A program made the translations under genes and the position numbers. From IMG/VR virus record IMGVR_UViG_3300023231_000362: 64,000 nt of DNA; one strand, written 5' to 3'. The notes beneath the pieces were generated by a model. The model had not been told where the DNA came from, ran no database searches, and was given only the letters and a program-made list of their open reading frames with translations. This document shows, in pieces, positions 50,077 to 59,197 of this stretch; within the stretch, counting starts at the first letter, position 1, and every line of letters begins with the position of its first letter. The DNA is from an uncultured virus (IMG/VR IMGVR_UViG_3300023231_000362) (Duplodnaviria > Heunggongvirae > Uroviricota > Caudoviricetes).

Positions 50077-50102
50077 AGGCGGATAATTTATCCGCCTTTT
50101 TT
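50077..50102 (+). terminator. Intrinsic terminator
   Basis: AGGCGGATAA-T-TTATCCGCCT plus T-run. Confidence 0.85.
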
Positions 50103-50137
50103 ATTGACATCTTGTTAATAAACATATAAACTTAAGC

Positions 50138-50437
50138 ATGGCAAAAATTATCAAAGATTCAAAAAAGCGTCGAAACATTCGACGTTCAATACGCACATTA
50201 ACGGAGGCAGCCTTGGAAACTATATCATATATACGAGATACAATTTTAGGTTATATCTGCGAAGGTATTGGATTTTTGCAGTGCATTGCAGATAAAATTG
50301 CGGGTAAAGAACTTAGTAGCCAATTTTGGACAGGGATTTTTATTATTGTCGCCTTTAGTCTAATGTACTTTGATATGATACTGGCATTTTTTATACTGGG
50401 GTGCAGGATACTTTGGTTACTGGAGAGATCATTGTGA
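50138..50437 (+). CDS. Small membrane protein
   Basis: Hydrophobic C-terminus; TTGACA-17-TAAACT promoter from 50105; start uncertain. Confidence 0.5.
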   Translation: MAKIIKDSKKRRNIRRSIRTLTEAALETISYIRDTILGYICEGIGFLQCIADKIAGKELSSQFWTGIFIIVAFSLMYFDMILAFFILGCRILWLLERSL

Positions 50438-50688
50438 CCGATGAAGCGGAACTTAGAACTAGACCCAAATACCTTAAACACGATGTTGTGTGGAGTATAG
50501 ACAAACTCTACAGAATGGCAACAGATCCATATGCAACAGGATACGAAACTTGGTCATATAAACAAGACTTACTGTTATTAAAGTGGTGGTTAGATGACCT
50601 GGTAGATCAATGTGGGACCTATGCAGACGAAGAAGAATTTAAAAAAGCACATGAAAAACGTAAAATGTGGGATACACTTAAAAAATGA
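50434..50688 (+). CDS. Hypothetical protein
   Basis: ORF coupled to its neighbours. Confidence 0.55.
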   Translation: MTDEAELRTRPKYLKHDVVWSIDKLYRMATDPYATGYETWSYKQDLLLLKWWLDDLVDQCGTYADEEEFKKAHEKRKMWDTLKK

Positions 50689-51017
50689 AGTATCTATGCA
50701 TCGGTAATCCCACAAGTGCTACTGATGACATAACCACACGTCTGGCTGTTACTAAAAAAACCATTAACCACGGGCTTGCGATTAACATAGAGCAGGCGGG
50801 GTTTTATCACATAAGTTTAGCAGACATCAGTATATTGGAAGCAGAAACATTCGTCGAACAGTTTGATGAGTTATACTTCTTAGAACAAGCACGAGAAACA
50901 TACAGCAGTGAATCAGTATACAATAACACAAGAGCATTGCTGTTATATATAAAAAACTGGAATGTAAAACCTTTTAAGATTGTTAAAGAGTCCTGGATAA
51001 AATGTCTGACGTATTAA
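50685..51017 (+). CDS. Hypothetical protein
   Basis: ATGA-coupled ORF. Confidence 0.55.
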   Translation: MKYLCIGNPTSATDDITTRLAVTKKTINHGLAINIEQAGFYHISLADISILEAETFVEQFDELYFLEQARETYSSESVYNNTRALLLYIKNWNVKPFKIVKESWIKCLTY

Positions 51018-52306
51018 AATACAAAGCACGGGTATTGGACACAAAGTCCCAGTCTTTCTGTGGTGCAAAGTGGTACGAGGCTGTGATATTTTTAGGGTCT
51101 GGCAAGACAATGAGTTGCCATCATAATCCTTATCACGAAGTAAGTGACACAGCAGTACTTGAAAACTACAAGGCAATACACAATACTTCTGAGAAGAAAC
51201 AACAACGAGCAGAGATGTTACGTGGCGAACGTCCAGAAGGCTGTAATTACTGCTGGCGTCTTGAGGATAATAACTCCGTTAGTGATCGGGTATATAAAAG
51301 TCAGAAGTTTACTGATGCTGACAATCAGTTAGCATTTGACTCAGACCCCAATGCTGACGTTGACTTACAGTCACTGGAGTTGCACTTTGACAAAGTATGT
51401 CAGATGGCATGTAGTTACTGCCATGCAGGTTACAGTACTACCTGGGCACAGGATATAAAGCAAAATGGTGCATACGAAAATGTAGAGTCTGACAAACAGC
51501 AACACTACAAGTATCAGAGAAAAATAGATCAACTGTTTAAGCCTACCCAGGAAAACTTATATGTAGAAGCATTTTATAAATGGTGGGACGCAGACTTACA
51601 TCGGACACTTAAAGAGTTACGCATACTAGGTGGGGAACCCTTATTGAGTCCACACATATGGCGTTTTATTGAATGGTTTAAAAGCAAAGACACTAAATGT
51701 AGTCTGGAGTTTGTAACTAACCTAGGACCCAAAGTTGATGTGCCCAGGTTCCTTAATGCTGTAGACGGCAAACAGGTTGTGGTAATGACCAGTATGGAAA
51801 CTGTGGGAGAACATGCTGAGTACACCAGAGACGGGGTAGATTACGAGCTTTGGTGTAAAAATGTCGAACTCTGTCTGCAGAGCAAAACGGTGTCACGTAT
51901 GTCAGTGCTGTTTACCGTAAATGCCTTAAGTGTGTTTAATATGTGCGATCTTATGGCAAAGATTATACACTGGAGGTCAGTGTACGGCAAAGACAGGATA
52001 AACATGAGTATTAATATCTTACGTTATCCAGTATTTCAAAACATAACAGTTTTATCTGACACTGCAAGACAACAAGTAGCCACTACTCTGGAACAATGGT
52101 TAGAACTACACGACAACTATATTACTGACTACGAGTATCAACAACTTGAGAGACTCGTAAATTATGTTAGAGTTGTTGACGCACCCGACAATTTACAAGA
52201 TGTACGCAAAGACTTTAAATCGTTCTTTACACAATATGATAAACGCAGAGGAAAAAGTTTTAAGGAAACCTTTCCTGAATTAACAGACTGGTACGGAGAG
52301 ATATAA
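51002..52306 (+). CDS. Radical SAM protein with an N-terminal twitch/SPASM-like domain
   Basis: FCGAKW..SCHH..GCNYCW; CQMACSYC; GGEP. Confidence 0.9.
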   Translation: MSDVLKYKARVLDTKSQSFCGAKWYEAVIFLGSGKTMSCHHNPYHEVSDTAVLENYKAIHNTSEKKQQRAEMLRGERPEGCNYCWRLEDNNSVSDRVYKSQKFTDADNQLAFDSDPNADVDLQSLELHFDKVCQMACSYCHAGYSTTWAQDIKQNGAYENVESDKQQHYKYQRKIDQLFKPTQENLYVEAFYKWWDADLHRTLKELRILGGEPLLSPHIWRFIEWFKSKDTKCSLEFVTNLGPKVDVPRFLNAVDGKQVVVMTSMETVGEHAEYTRDGVDYELWCKNVELCLQSKTVSRMSVLFTVNALSVFNMCDLMAKIIHWRSVYGKDRINMSINILRYPVFQNITVLSDTARQQVATTLEQWLELHDNYITDYEYQQLERLVNYVRVVDAPDNLQDVRKDFKSFFTQYDKRRGKSFKETFPELTDWYGEI

Positions 52307-52584
52307 TGGAAGAGAAAATACGAGAAGACTTGTTCACAGACATTAGTAGATATACATTGCAGGGCATAGAACCTACAGGTTTAGTCAGAGCAATAATTTG
52401 CAACGACTTATATCAACTAGTACTGCAAGCACAAGGTACAGATGCCTGGGCAGAAACAAAAAAAATAGTTAAGTGGTTGCAAAAAAACGGGGTAGTTGAT
52501 GGTCTACGTTGTTGGGGCAGTCATTCAATAATGATTAGGTACTTGGACTTAACAAATGCACCGCTTACAGGTAACACGAAATAA
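52306..52584 (+). CDS. Hypothetical protein
   Basis: ORF with GGAG SD. Confidence 0.55.
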   Translation: MEEKIREDLFTDISRYTLQGIEPTGLVRAIICNDLYQLVLQAQGTDAWAETKKIVKWLQKNGVVDGLRCWGSHSIMIRYLDLTNAPLTGNTK

Positions 52585-52606
52585 TAATACTAAGTGATAT
52601 AGAGAA

Positions 52607-53326
52607 CTAGCCTTCTTCGGAGGGCTTTTTCACGGTTGCAAGTCCTACAGTTTCCAACGCCTCTATCCAGGCCCAACCTATATCAAACTCCATAGCGGTA
52701 CGTTCAAACTTAGCACTTGCTGGAAACTTATGGTGGTTATTGTGCAATTCTTCACCACCTATCAGTATCCCCCAAGGTATAATGTTATGACTGTTTTCTT
52801 TGGTGTTGTAGTTTCTATAACCTACGTAGTGAGCAACTCCATTAATTACTCCCGCCGCCCAGAAAGGTATCCATAACATCTGAATACCCCATATTAATAT
52901 GCCCCACCAACTGAAGATGGCAACATTTGTCAGTAACAGTAATAGTATCCCTGAGTTCTTAAACCTGGTATATACGTTACGTTCTACCCAGTCATCTGGC
53001 GTACCCACACCAAACTGTTCAACCATCCGTTGGTCGTTGGCGGCATCTGTATATAACAGAGCTCCTCCAAACAACACTCTTTTAATACCATAGACCACAG
53101 GGCTGTGTGGATCGCCCTCTTTATCACTAAATGCGTGATGTTTACGGTGTACCGCTACCCATTCTTTGGTGACCATACTGGTAGTTAGCCAGAGCCAAAA
53201 TCGCATAAAGTGGGTTATGTATCTATGAAATTCAACGGCTTTATGGGCTTGGCAACGATGCAAGAACAGAGTTACGCATAGGATTGTTATATGAGTTGCT
53301 ACTAATGTATAGATTATCTCAGTCAT
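52607..53326 (-). CDS. Membrane fatty-acid desaturase (DesA/delta-9-like)
   Basis: His boxes HRCQAH, HRKHH and HNNHH; GEEL; EFDIGW. Confidence 0.92.
   Translation of the reverse strand: MTEIIYTLVATHITILCVTLFLHRCQAHKAVEFHRYITHFMRFWLWLTTSMVTKEWVAVHRKHHAFSDKEGDPHSPVVYGIKRVLFGGALLYTDAANDQRMVEQFGVGTPDDWVERNVYTRFKNSGILLLLLTNVAIFSWWGILIWGIQMLWIPFWAAGVINGVAHYVGYRNYNTKENSHNIIPWGILIGGEELHNNHHKFPASAKFERTAMEFDIGWAWIEALETVGLATVKKPSEEG
52609..52630 (+). terminator. UUCG-tetraloop intrinsic terminator overlapping the 3' end of the desaturase gene
   Basis: AGCCTTC-TTCG-GAGGGCT-TTTT. Confidence 0.75.
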
Positions 53327-53344
53327 GTTGTACTTATCGTTGTA

Positions 53345-53402
53345 AATCAATAACTTACGTGGTTATATTTTGGTTGACGTTTGGTCCGAGTGAACCTATA
53401 AT
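53345..53402 (+). promoter_or_regulatory. IHF-like box (AATCAATAACTTA) plus sigma70 promoter TTGACG-17-TATAAT
   Basis: Consensus matches. Confidence 0.78.
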
Positions 53403-53438
53403 ATAGTTATACTGTTAATAAAGAAGAGGGGAAACAAG

Positions 53439-53669
53439 ATGTCACAGACACTAACACAATTTGTAAATTACTGCAACGACTTTTACGGTATGGGTGGCTT
53501 ATACGACATGGCCTTTACTAAAAAAGAAATAGCCCATGCAGTAGACATTTACTTTAGTCGCATGTCAGACCAAGTAAATTGGGGCGGTGGTGATACTGTA
53601 GACCGTGAACGTGTTTACGAGATTATGCGTGAAATTTATACTTTTGAATACAAAGTGGAGGTAGCGTAA
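53439..53669 (+). CDS. Small early hypothetical protein
   Basis: GAGGGG SD after a sigma70 promoter. Confidence 0.7.
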   Translation: MSQTLTQFVNYCNDFYGMGGLYDMAFTKKEIAHAVDIYFSRMSDQVNWGGGDTVDRERVYEIMREIYTFEYKVEVA

Positions 53670-53848
53670 TGAAAAAATCAATTACTATGGAAGAACTTAC
53701 GATGGCACAGGCCACGTACAAAAAACTACAATTTCTTCAAGAAGAGAATGCTGAACGTATTGAAAAACTAGAGCAACTCTTTGAGGATTTAGACTTAGGT
53801 GTGGTTGCAATTAGAATACCAGAATCAGATAGACTATCTAACGGTTGA
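53669..53848 (+). CDS. 59-aa early coiled-coil protein (not in track; MKKSITMEELTMAQ...)
   Basis: GGAGG SD and TAATG overlap. Confidence 0.6.
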   Translation: MKKSITMEELTMAQATYKKLQFLQEENAERIEKLEQLFEDLDLGVVAIRIPESDRLSNG

Positions 53849-53873
53849 CATCTAAATCGAGTGACGCTATACT
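53845..53873 (+). promoter_or_regulatory. Sigma70-type promoter
   Basis: TTGACA-17 bp-TATACT. Confidence 0.8.
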
Positions 53874-53909
53874 ATTAAAACTAGGGAAACAGACAGGGGG
53901 AAGTAATAC

Positions 53910-54725
53910 ATGACGACATTGCTTAAAGTTGACAGGGTAGAAAAAGATTTATCAAAAGAAACGGACGCTCAGATCATGGAGCGCATTGGAGAGCGTTTTA
54001 ACATCCTAACTGAAATGACCAAAGCGGTTATTACCAATGACGTTAGGGCAATGATTGTTTCCGGACCTCCAGGAGTAGGCAAGAGTTATGGCGTAGAGTC
54101 ACTGCTCGAAAAAGAAAATCTGTTTGATCAGATACAAAATCGTAAACCCAAATATGAACTTGTAAAAGGCACAGCATCAGCACTAGGCTTGTATTGCACA
54201 TTGTTCGAACATTCGGATCGAGGACACGTTATTGTATTTGACGATTGTGACTCAATCTTAATGGACGAGCTCAGTCTAAACATCCTTAAAGGTGCATTAG
54301 ACTCTGGCAAATCTAGACGTATTAGTTGGAAAGCAGATTCACACAAACTTCGTAACGAAGGTGTGCCTAACTCGTTTACATTTAACGGTAGTGTTATCTT
54401 TATCACTAACCTTAAGTTTGATCGAGTGCGTGGTAAGATCAGACAACACTTAGAGGCGATACAATCACGTTGCCACTACTTGGATCTTACACTTGATACT
54501 GACCGTGAGAAGATGCTACGTATTAAACAGATTGCCAAAACTGGTGAATTATTCGAGCGTTATCACTTTACAAAGGAGCTCGAATCAACTATACTAAGTT
54601 TTATGGATGATAACAAAGATAGTTTACGTGAACTTAGTTTAAGGATGGCAATTAAGATTGCGGATCTTGTTAAAATTAATCCAAATACCTGGCAGAAACT
54701 TGCAAGGTGTACAGTAATGAGGTAA
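53910..54725 (+). CDS. AAA+ ATPase
   Basis: GPPGVGKS Walker A, VFDDCD Walker B, FITN sensor, SRC Arg finger. Confidence 0.88.
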   Translation: MTTLLKVDRVEKDLSKETDAQIMERIGERFNILTEMTKAVITNDVRAMIVSGPPGVGKSYGVESLLEKENLFDQIQNRKPKYELVKGTASALGLYCTLFEHSDRGHVIVFDDCDSILMDELSLNILKGALDSGKSRRISWKADSHKLRNEGVPNSFTFNGSVIFITNLKFDRVRGKIRQHLEAIQSRCHYLDLTLDTDREKMLRIKQIAKTGELFERYHFTKELESTILSFMDDNKDSLRELSLRMAIKIADLVKINPNTWQKLARCTVMR

Positions 54726-54730
54726 TAGCA

Positions 54731-54823
54731 GTTTTCCCATGTTCGCCCATCTCCCTCAAATATGCTCCCTTGGGCGAACATTTTCGAATCCCCCGGCCCC
54801 CTCGCTGGGGGGTTCACCCTTTT
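54731..54823 (+). ncRNA. Candidate structured small RNA: two hairpins with C-rich anti-SD loops
   Basis: Stem 54739-54749/54771-54781 (11 bp perfect) with loop carrying CUCCCU twice; stem 54786-54796/54805-54815 with loop CCCCCUCG; GC-rich patch in an AT-rich genome. Confidence 0.5.
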
Positions 54824-54838
54824 AAAGTATCGGTCGGC

Positions 54839-56023
54839 ATGAAAACATTTAACTATGTAGAAGACTATATTATTGAATTGTATGAAGGCAGTTATAGGTT
54901 TAATGCTAATAGTCAAGACATCGACTATCGTCTAGCCAGTTACGACATTAGAATAGTTCAAAGCATTCACAACCAGGTAACTTTCCAGAGCGTAGCACTG
55001 ACAGATAAACAAGCAGAGCTCTGCGTTAAATTAGTAGAAAAATACACACGCCAATTTAAACGGGCAGGCATTGACAACTTTGCAATGCTAGAGTCAAGTA
55101 CTCGGAAGTTTAAACTTGGCATACGCAAGGTTAATAGGGATTATAAGATCCATATCAAAGACGACCTGATACATGCTACGTTTCCCTATAACCTAAGGCT
55201 TATTTCAGAAATAAGAAAGCGTTCAGAAAAGTCTGGGGGTGTTAGAGCCATTTGGAGTCGAACTGACAAAGTCTGGAAGTTTGGGTTTACAGAACCTAAT
55301 GTAAAGTTTACTATTAGTTTTGGTCAAGATTATGATTTTGATATAGATCCTAAATTGTTAGAGATAGCCGGTAAGCTAGCCAAGCAGGACTGGGAACACT
55401 ATAATATCAAACTTGTGGAACATGATGGCAAGTACACTATACAAAACTGTCCAGTCAGTCTAAGCGAGTACGTTGACAAACACGCAGGCACTGATCTATT
55501 GAGTTTGGTAGACTACAGTGGTATCTGTGCCTACCAGGTTGACAATAACATTGCCAATCAGATTAAACAGGCTCATACTGAAACAGTAAGTGCATGTCTA
55601 TTAGGCAAGCATATCTGGTTAGATCCAAAGAAACATTCGTTTAACGATATTATAAAGTATGCAGAGTTAACCGATAGATTTCCAGTAACTGTATACGACA
55701 CACTAGGAAATTTTGGACCTTTCCTAAATCAAAATATAGAAAAAACAGACAGTAACTTTAAATATCTATATAGTCGCTTTTTAAATTTGTCTGAACGTGT
55801 TGGTCCTATATACCATCATGACACGGTACTACCTGATAACTGGCCGTACAAAAACGCAGATCCTAAAACTGCTAGAATAAAAATTTATTCATCAGCATCA
55901 AAGGATATGTTTATTGACGACATACCTTTATTAGTATGTAGCCAAAATTTTAATTATGGAAGTTTGCGCATACAGATGCTTGCAAAATCTGAAAAAATAG
56001 TGTATCATTGTGTTAAATTATGA
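54839..56023 (+). CDS. Hypothetical protein upstream of the helicase
   Basis: Long ORF; start refined to ATG 54839. Confidence 0.7.
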   Translation: MKTFNYVEDYIIELYEGSYRFNANSQDIDYRLASYDIRIVQSIHNQVTFQSVALTDKQAELCVKLVEKYTRQFKRAGIDNFAMLESSTRKFKLGIRKVNRDYKIHIKDDLIHATFPYNLRLISEIRKRSEKSGGVRAIWSRTDKVWKFGFTEPNVKFTISFGQDYDFDIDPKLLEIAGKLAKQDWEHYNIKLVEHDGKYTIQNCPVSLSEYVDKHAGTDLLSLVDYSGICAYQVDNNIANQIKQAHTETVSACLLGKHIWLDPKKHSFNDIIKYAELTDRFPVTVYDTLGNFGPFLNQNIEKTDSNFKYLYSRFLNLSERVGPIYHHDTVLPDNWPYKNADPKTARIKIYSSASKDMFIDDIPLLVCSQNFNYGSLRIQMLAKSEKIVYHCVKL

Positions 56024-57477
56024 CAACAGCCATACTACATATCAAGGACGAAGTTAATTGCAAGATCGAAGGATTAGATTTAACAACTAGAAAAAACCTA
56101 GTAAACAAATTTAAATTTGAGATCCCCTATGCACGTTACTTACCAGCAGTCAGACTAGGTCGCTGGGATGGTAAGATCAGTTTCTTTCAGCTGAGTGGTA
56201 GCACCTTTGTAAACTTATTGCCAGAGATTATTCCTGAACTGGAATCTGCAGGTTACGATCTAGAACTAAATGACCTGCGTGAATACAATACTAATTTTGA
56301 TTTTGAGGAAGTTACTGAGGACAGTTATGCAAATATATCCTGGCCCAAGAGACATCCTGCAGAAGGTCAACCAATTAAATTACGTGACTATCAGGTTGAC
56401 ACTATCAATAACTTTTTGCGCAACCCGCAATGCTTACAAGAGATAGCAACTGGTGCAGGTAAGACACTAATGACTGCTGTGCTCAGTAGTAAGTGCGAAC
56501 AGTACGGCAGAACAGTAGTTATTGTGCCTAATAAGAGTCTAGTAACACAAACAGAAGAAGACTATGTTAACATGGGCATGGATGTTGGCGTGTTTTACGG
56601 TGATCGCAAGGAGTATACCAAGACGCATACTATATGCACCTGGCAGAGTCTAAACAGTCTGCTAAAGCGAACTAAAAACCAAGAAGCAGATATCGGTATA
56701 GGCGAGTTCTTGGAAGGTGTCGTTGGTGTTATTGTTGATGAAGTACACGGTGCTAAAGCAGACGCACTTAGAACATTACTAACAGGTGTAATGAGTCATG
56801 TACCAATACGTTGGGGGCTAACAGGCACTATACCCAAAGAAGATTTTGAGTTTATGAGTATACGATGTAGTTTAGGTGATGTTATTAATCGTATCAGCGC
56901 AAGCGAGTTACAGGACAAAGGAGTACTGGCTAATTGTAATGTAAATATATTACAGTTAGTTGAACATACAGAATATTCAAATTATCAAAGCGAACAGAAG
57001 TACTTGTTAGATAATACAGAAAGACTGGACTATATTGCAAGTGTAATCGAAAATATAAGACTAAGCGGTAACACACTTATACTAGTAGATAGAATTTCAG
57101 CTGGCACACGACTGTCAGAAAAGATTAAAGACGCAGTGTTTGTGCAAGGGGCAACTAAGTCGGCAGACCGCAAAGAGCAGTATGATGAAGTTGCCACCAC
57201 CACTGATAAAGTTATTGTGGCAACGTATGGCGTTGCTGGTGTTGGCATTAACATTCCCCGTATTTTTAATCTGGTTCTCATTGAGCCTGGTAAAAGTTTT
57301 GTACGGGTTATCCAGTCTATTGGTAGGGGTATTCGTAAAGCCCAAGACAAAGACTTTGTACAGATATGGGACGTAACTTCAACATGTAAATTTAGTAAAA
57401 GACATTTAACAAAACGGAAGCAGTTCTATAAAGATGCTAATTATCCGTTTCAGATAGAGAAGATTACATGGCAATGA
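56020..57477 (+). CDS. uvsW: SF2 DNA helicase (UvsW-like)
   Basis: LRDYQ, ATGAGKT, DEVH, GLTGT and QSIGRGIR motifs. Confidence 0.9.
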   Translation: MTTAILHIKDEVNCKIEGLDLTTRKNLVNKFKFEIPYARYLPAVRLGRWDGKISFFQLSGSTFVNLLPEIIPELESAGYDLELNDLREYNTNFDFEEVTEDSYANISWPKRHPAEGQPIKLRDYQVDTINNFLRNPQCLQEIATGAGKTLMTAVLSSKCEQYGRTVVIVPNKSLVTQTEEDYVNMGMDVGVFYGDRKEYTKTHTICTWQSLNSLLKRTKNQEADIGIGEFLEGVVGVIVDEVHGAKADALRTLLTGVMSHVPIRWGLTGTIPKEDFEFMSIRCSLGDVINRISASELQDKGVLANCNVNILQLVEHTEYSNYQSEQKYLLDNTERLDYIASVIENIRLSGNTLILVDRISAGTRLSEKIKDAVFVQGATKSADRKEQYDEVATTTDKVIVATYGVAGVGINIPRIFNLVLIEPGKSFVRVIQSIGRGIRKAQDKDFVQIWDVTSTCKFSKRHLTKRKQFYKDANYPFQIEKITWQ

Positions 57478-58268
57478 AAAAATTAGCAGTATGTGGGTGT
57501 AGTTTTTCAGCACCCAGTAACGACCCTAAACTCAAAGGAACAAGTTGGGGAGAGCAACTGGCAGATATGTTAGGCTGGGATCTATTGCATTATGCACGTC
57601 AGGGTGTTAGTAATGGCGGCATACGTGTAATGATAGACCAGTGTATTAAAGACAAAGTAGACTTTGCAGTAATAGCGCCAACGTTTCATGACAGAATGGA
57701 GATACCTGCCACAGCGGCTCCTTTTGATTGGAACAAGTCAACAGATGGTTGGAACCCACTAATACAACAGCACTTGCAAGACGTCGATATTAAAAACGGT
57801 TACCAAGAAGACTTGGGTGTACAGAATATTAATTACGGCAGTAACAACTACACACTGATTAGTGAAACAATCTACACACTGGCAGAAAACTTTGATCATC
57901 CTTATCGTAGTCAGAAACTAGATAAAATGACAGCCAGTGCAGTTAAACAGTATATTAACTTCATGTACGACAGCAATTGGAAACTTCAACAAGATCGCTG
58001 GATCATACGTGATGGCATCATGCAGTTACACTATCACAAGATACCTTTCTTACTGGTAGCCTGTAACATATGGACAAGCGACATGGTGAGAGATCACTTT
58101 CCAGATGCAATACCTGATCATTGTTTAACATTAGATTACAAAGATACTCCTGCATACTCAACCAATGAGTGGCCTTTTGAGGGGGAGGACCCAGGCTATC
58201 ACGGTGCAGTAGAAAGCCAAACTTACCTAGCAAAAAGATACAAGGAAATTATTGAATGTCATTCATAA
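57474..58268 (+). CDS. SGNH-hydrolase-like phage protein
   Basis: GCSFS, G.SNGGI and distal DPGYH motifs. Confidence 0.5.
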   Translation: MKKLAVCGCSFSAPSNDPKLKGTSWGEQLADMLGWDLLHYARQGVSNGGIRVMIDQCIKDKVDFAVIAPTFHDRMEIPATAAPFDWNKSTDGWNPLIQQHLQDVDIKNGYQEDLGVQNINYGSNNYTLISETIYTLAENFDHPYRSQKLDKMTASAVKQYINFMYDSNWKLQQDRWIIRDGIMQLHYHKIPFLLVACNIWTSDMVRDHFPDAIPDHCLTLDYKDTPAYSTNEWPFEGEDPGYHGAVESQTYLAKRYKEIIECHS

Positions 58269-59197
58269 ATCACAAAGAAGAATCATCAGACATTAGTTGG
58301 TTTGAGGATGATGGCACAAATATCGGCATGCTTAATGACAATGGTCGTAATAGATTCTACGACCAGGCATTAAAAAGCATTTGCCAGAATAAAACGGTTG
58401 TTGACATTGGTGCAGGCACGGGATACTTAACAGCATTAGCAATCAAGCACGGCGCAAAACATGTCACAGCAGTAGAAGCCAGTAGTAAACGTTGTGCATT
58501 CCTTAAAAACATGATAGAGAAACTGGGGTACCAAGACCGAGTTACCATTGTAAACAAAAATTATTTTGACACAGACTTACACAGCGACATAGTCGTAAGT
58601 GAAACAATAGGTGCGCATATCTATAATGAAAACTGGTTGCGACTTGCTGACCATGCAAGAATTCGTTGTCAATATATGATACCAGAGAAGTTTTCAATTA
58701 ACATTGACTTGTACGAAAATCATCCTATCTGGACTACATGTATGCAGGAAAGCATGGCATTTAACTACAATGAGAACAATCATCCTGAGTTTGCAGATGT
58801 TCTGAATAAAGAGATGCAATTAGAAGACCGTGGAGAACAGGCAAATACCATACCTAATCTATTTTCACACCTACACAACTTTGAGGACATAAGATTAAAC
58901 AAGATCTGGCAGAGTGCCCCAATAGTTATAGACCACATGGAGTCAATGGTTGTTCCTGAAATAATTATACCTAGACATGTATTTTCTGCGTTAGGTCAAA
59001 AACTACAAAGGCTAGGTCCCAATGATTGGGTATTTTTAAATATAAACTGGCATGCAACATTCCAAACAACAAGTATGTGGGTGTCAGATACTATTTGGCA
59101 AAATGTGTGTAAGTGTATAGCAATACCTAAATCTGATTTACGTATTTATTTTAGCGAACAAAAAAACAAATGGATGTTTCAAAAATTACAGGATTAG
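58256..59197 (+). CDS. PRMT/PrmA-like SAM methyltransferase
   Basis: MLND..RN..Y, VVDIGAGTGYL, AVE and DIVVSET motifs. Confidence 0.8.
   Translation: MSFINHKEESSDISWFEDDGTNIGMLNDNGRNRFYDQALKSICQNKTVVDIGAGTGYLTALAIKHGAKHVTAVEASSKRCAFLKNMIEKLGYQDRVTIVNKNYFDTDLHSDIVVSETIGAHIYNENWLRLADHARIRCQYMIPEKFSINIDLYENHPIWTTCMQESMAFNYNENNHPEFADVLNKEMQLEDRGEQANTIPNLFSHLHNFEDIRLNKIWQSAPIVIDHMESMVVPEIIIPRHVFSALGQKLQRLGPNDWVFLNINWHATFQTTSMWVSDTIWQNVCKCIAIPKSDLRIYFSEQKNKWMFQKLQD

Noticed and set aside
54731..54823. tRNA gene (contains TTCGAATCCC)
   Set aside because: The T-loop-like string is present, but I could not build acceptor, D and anticodon arms; tRNAscan-SE or ARAGORN should confirm
54707..54838. Pro-rich N-terminal extension of the 54707 ORF
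   Set aside because: It reads through the GC-rich hairpin element; ATG 54839 is the more plausible start
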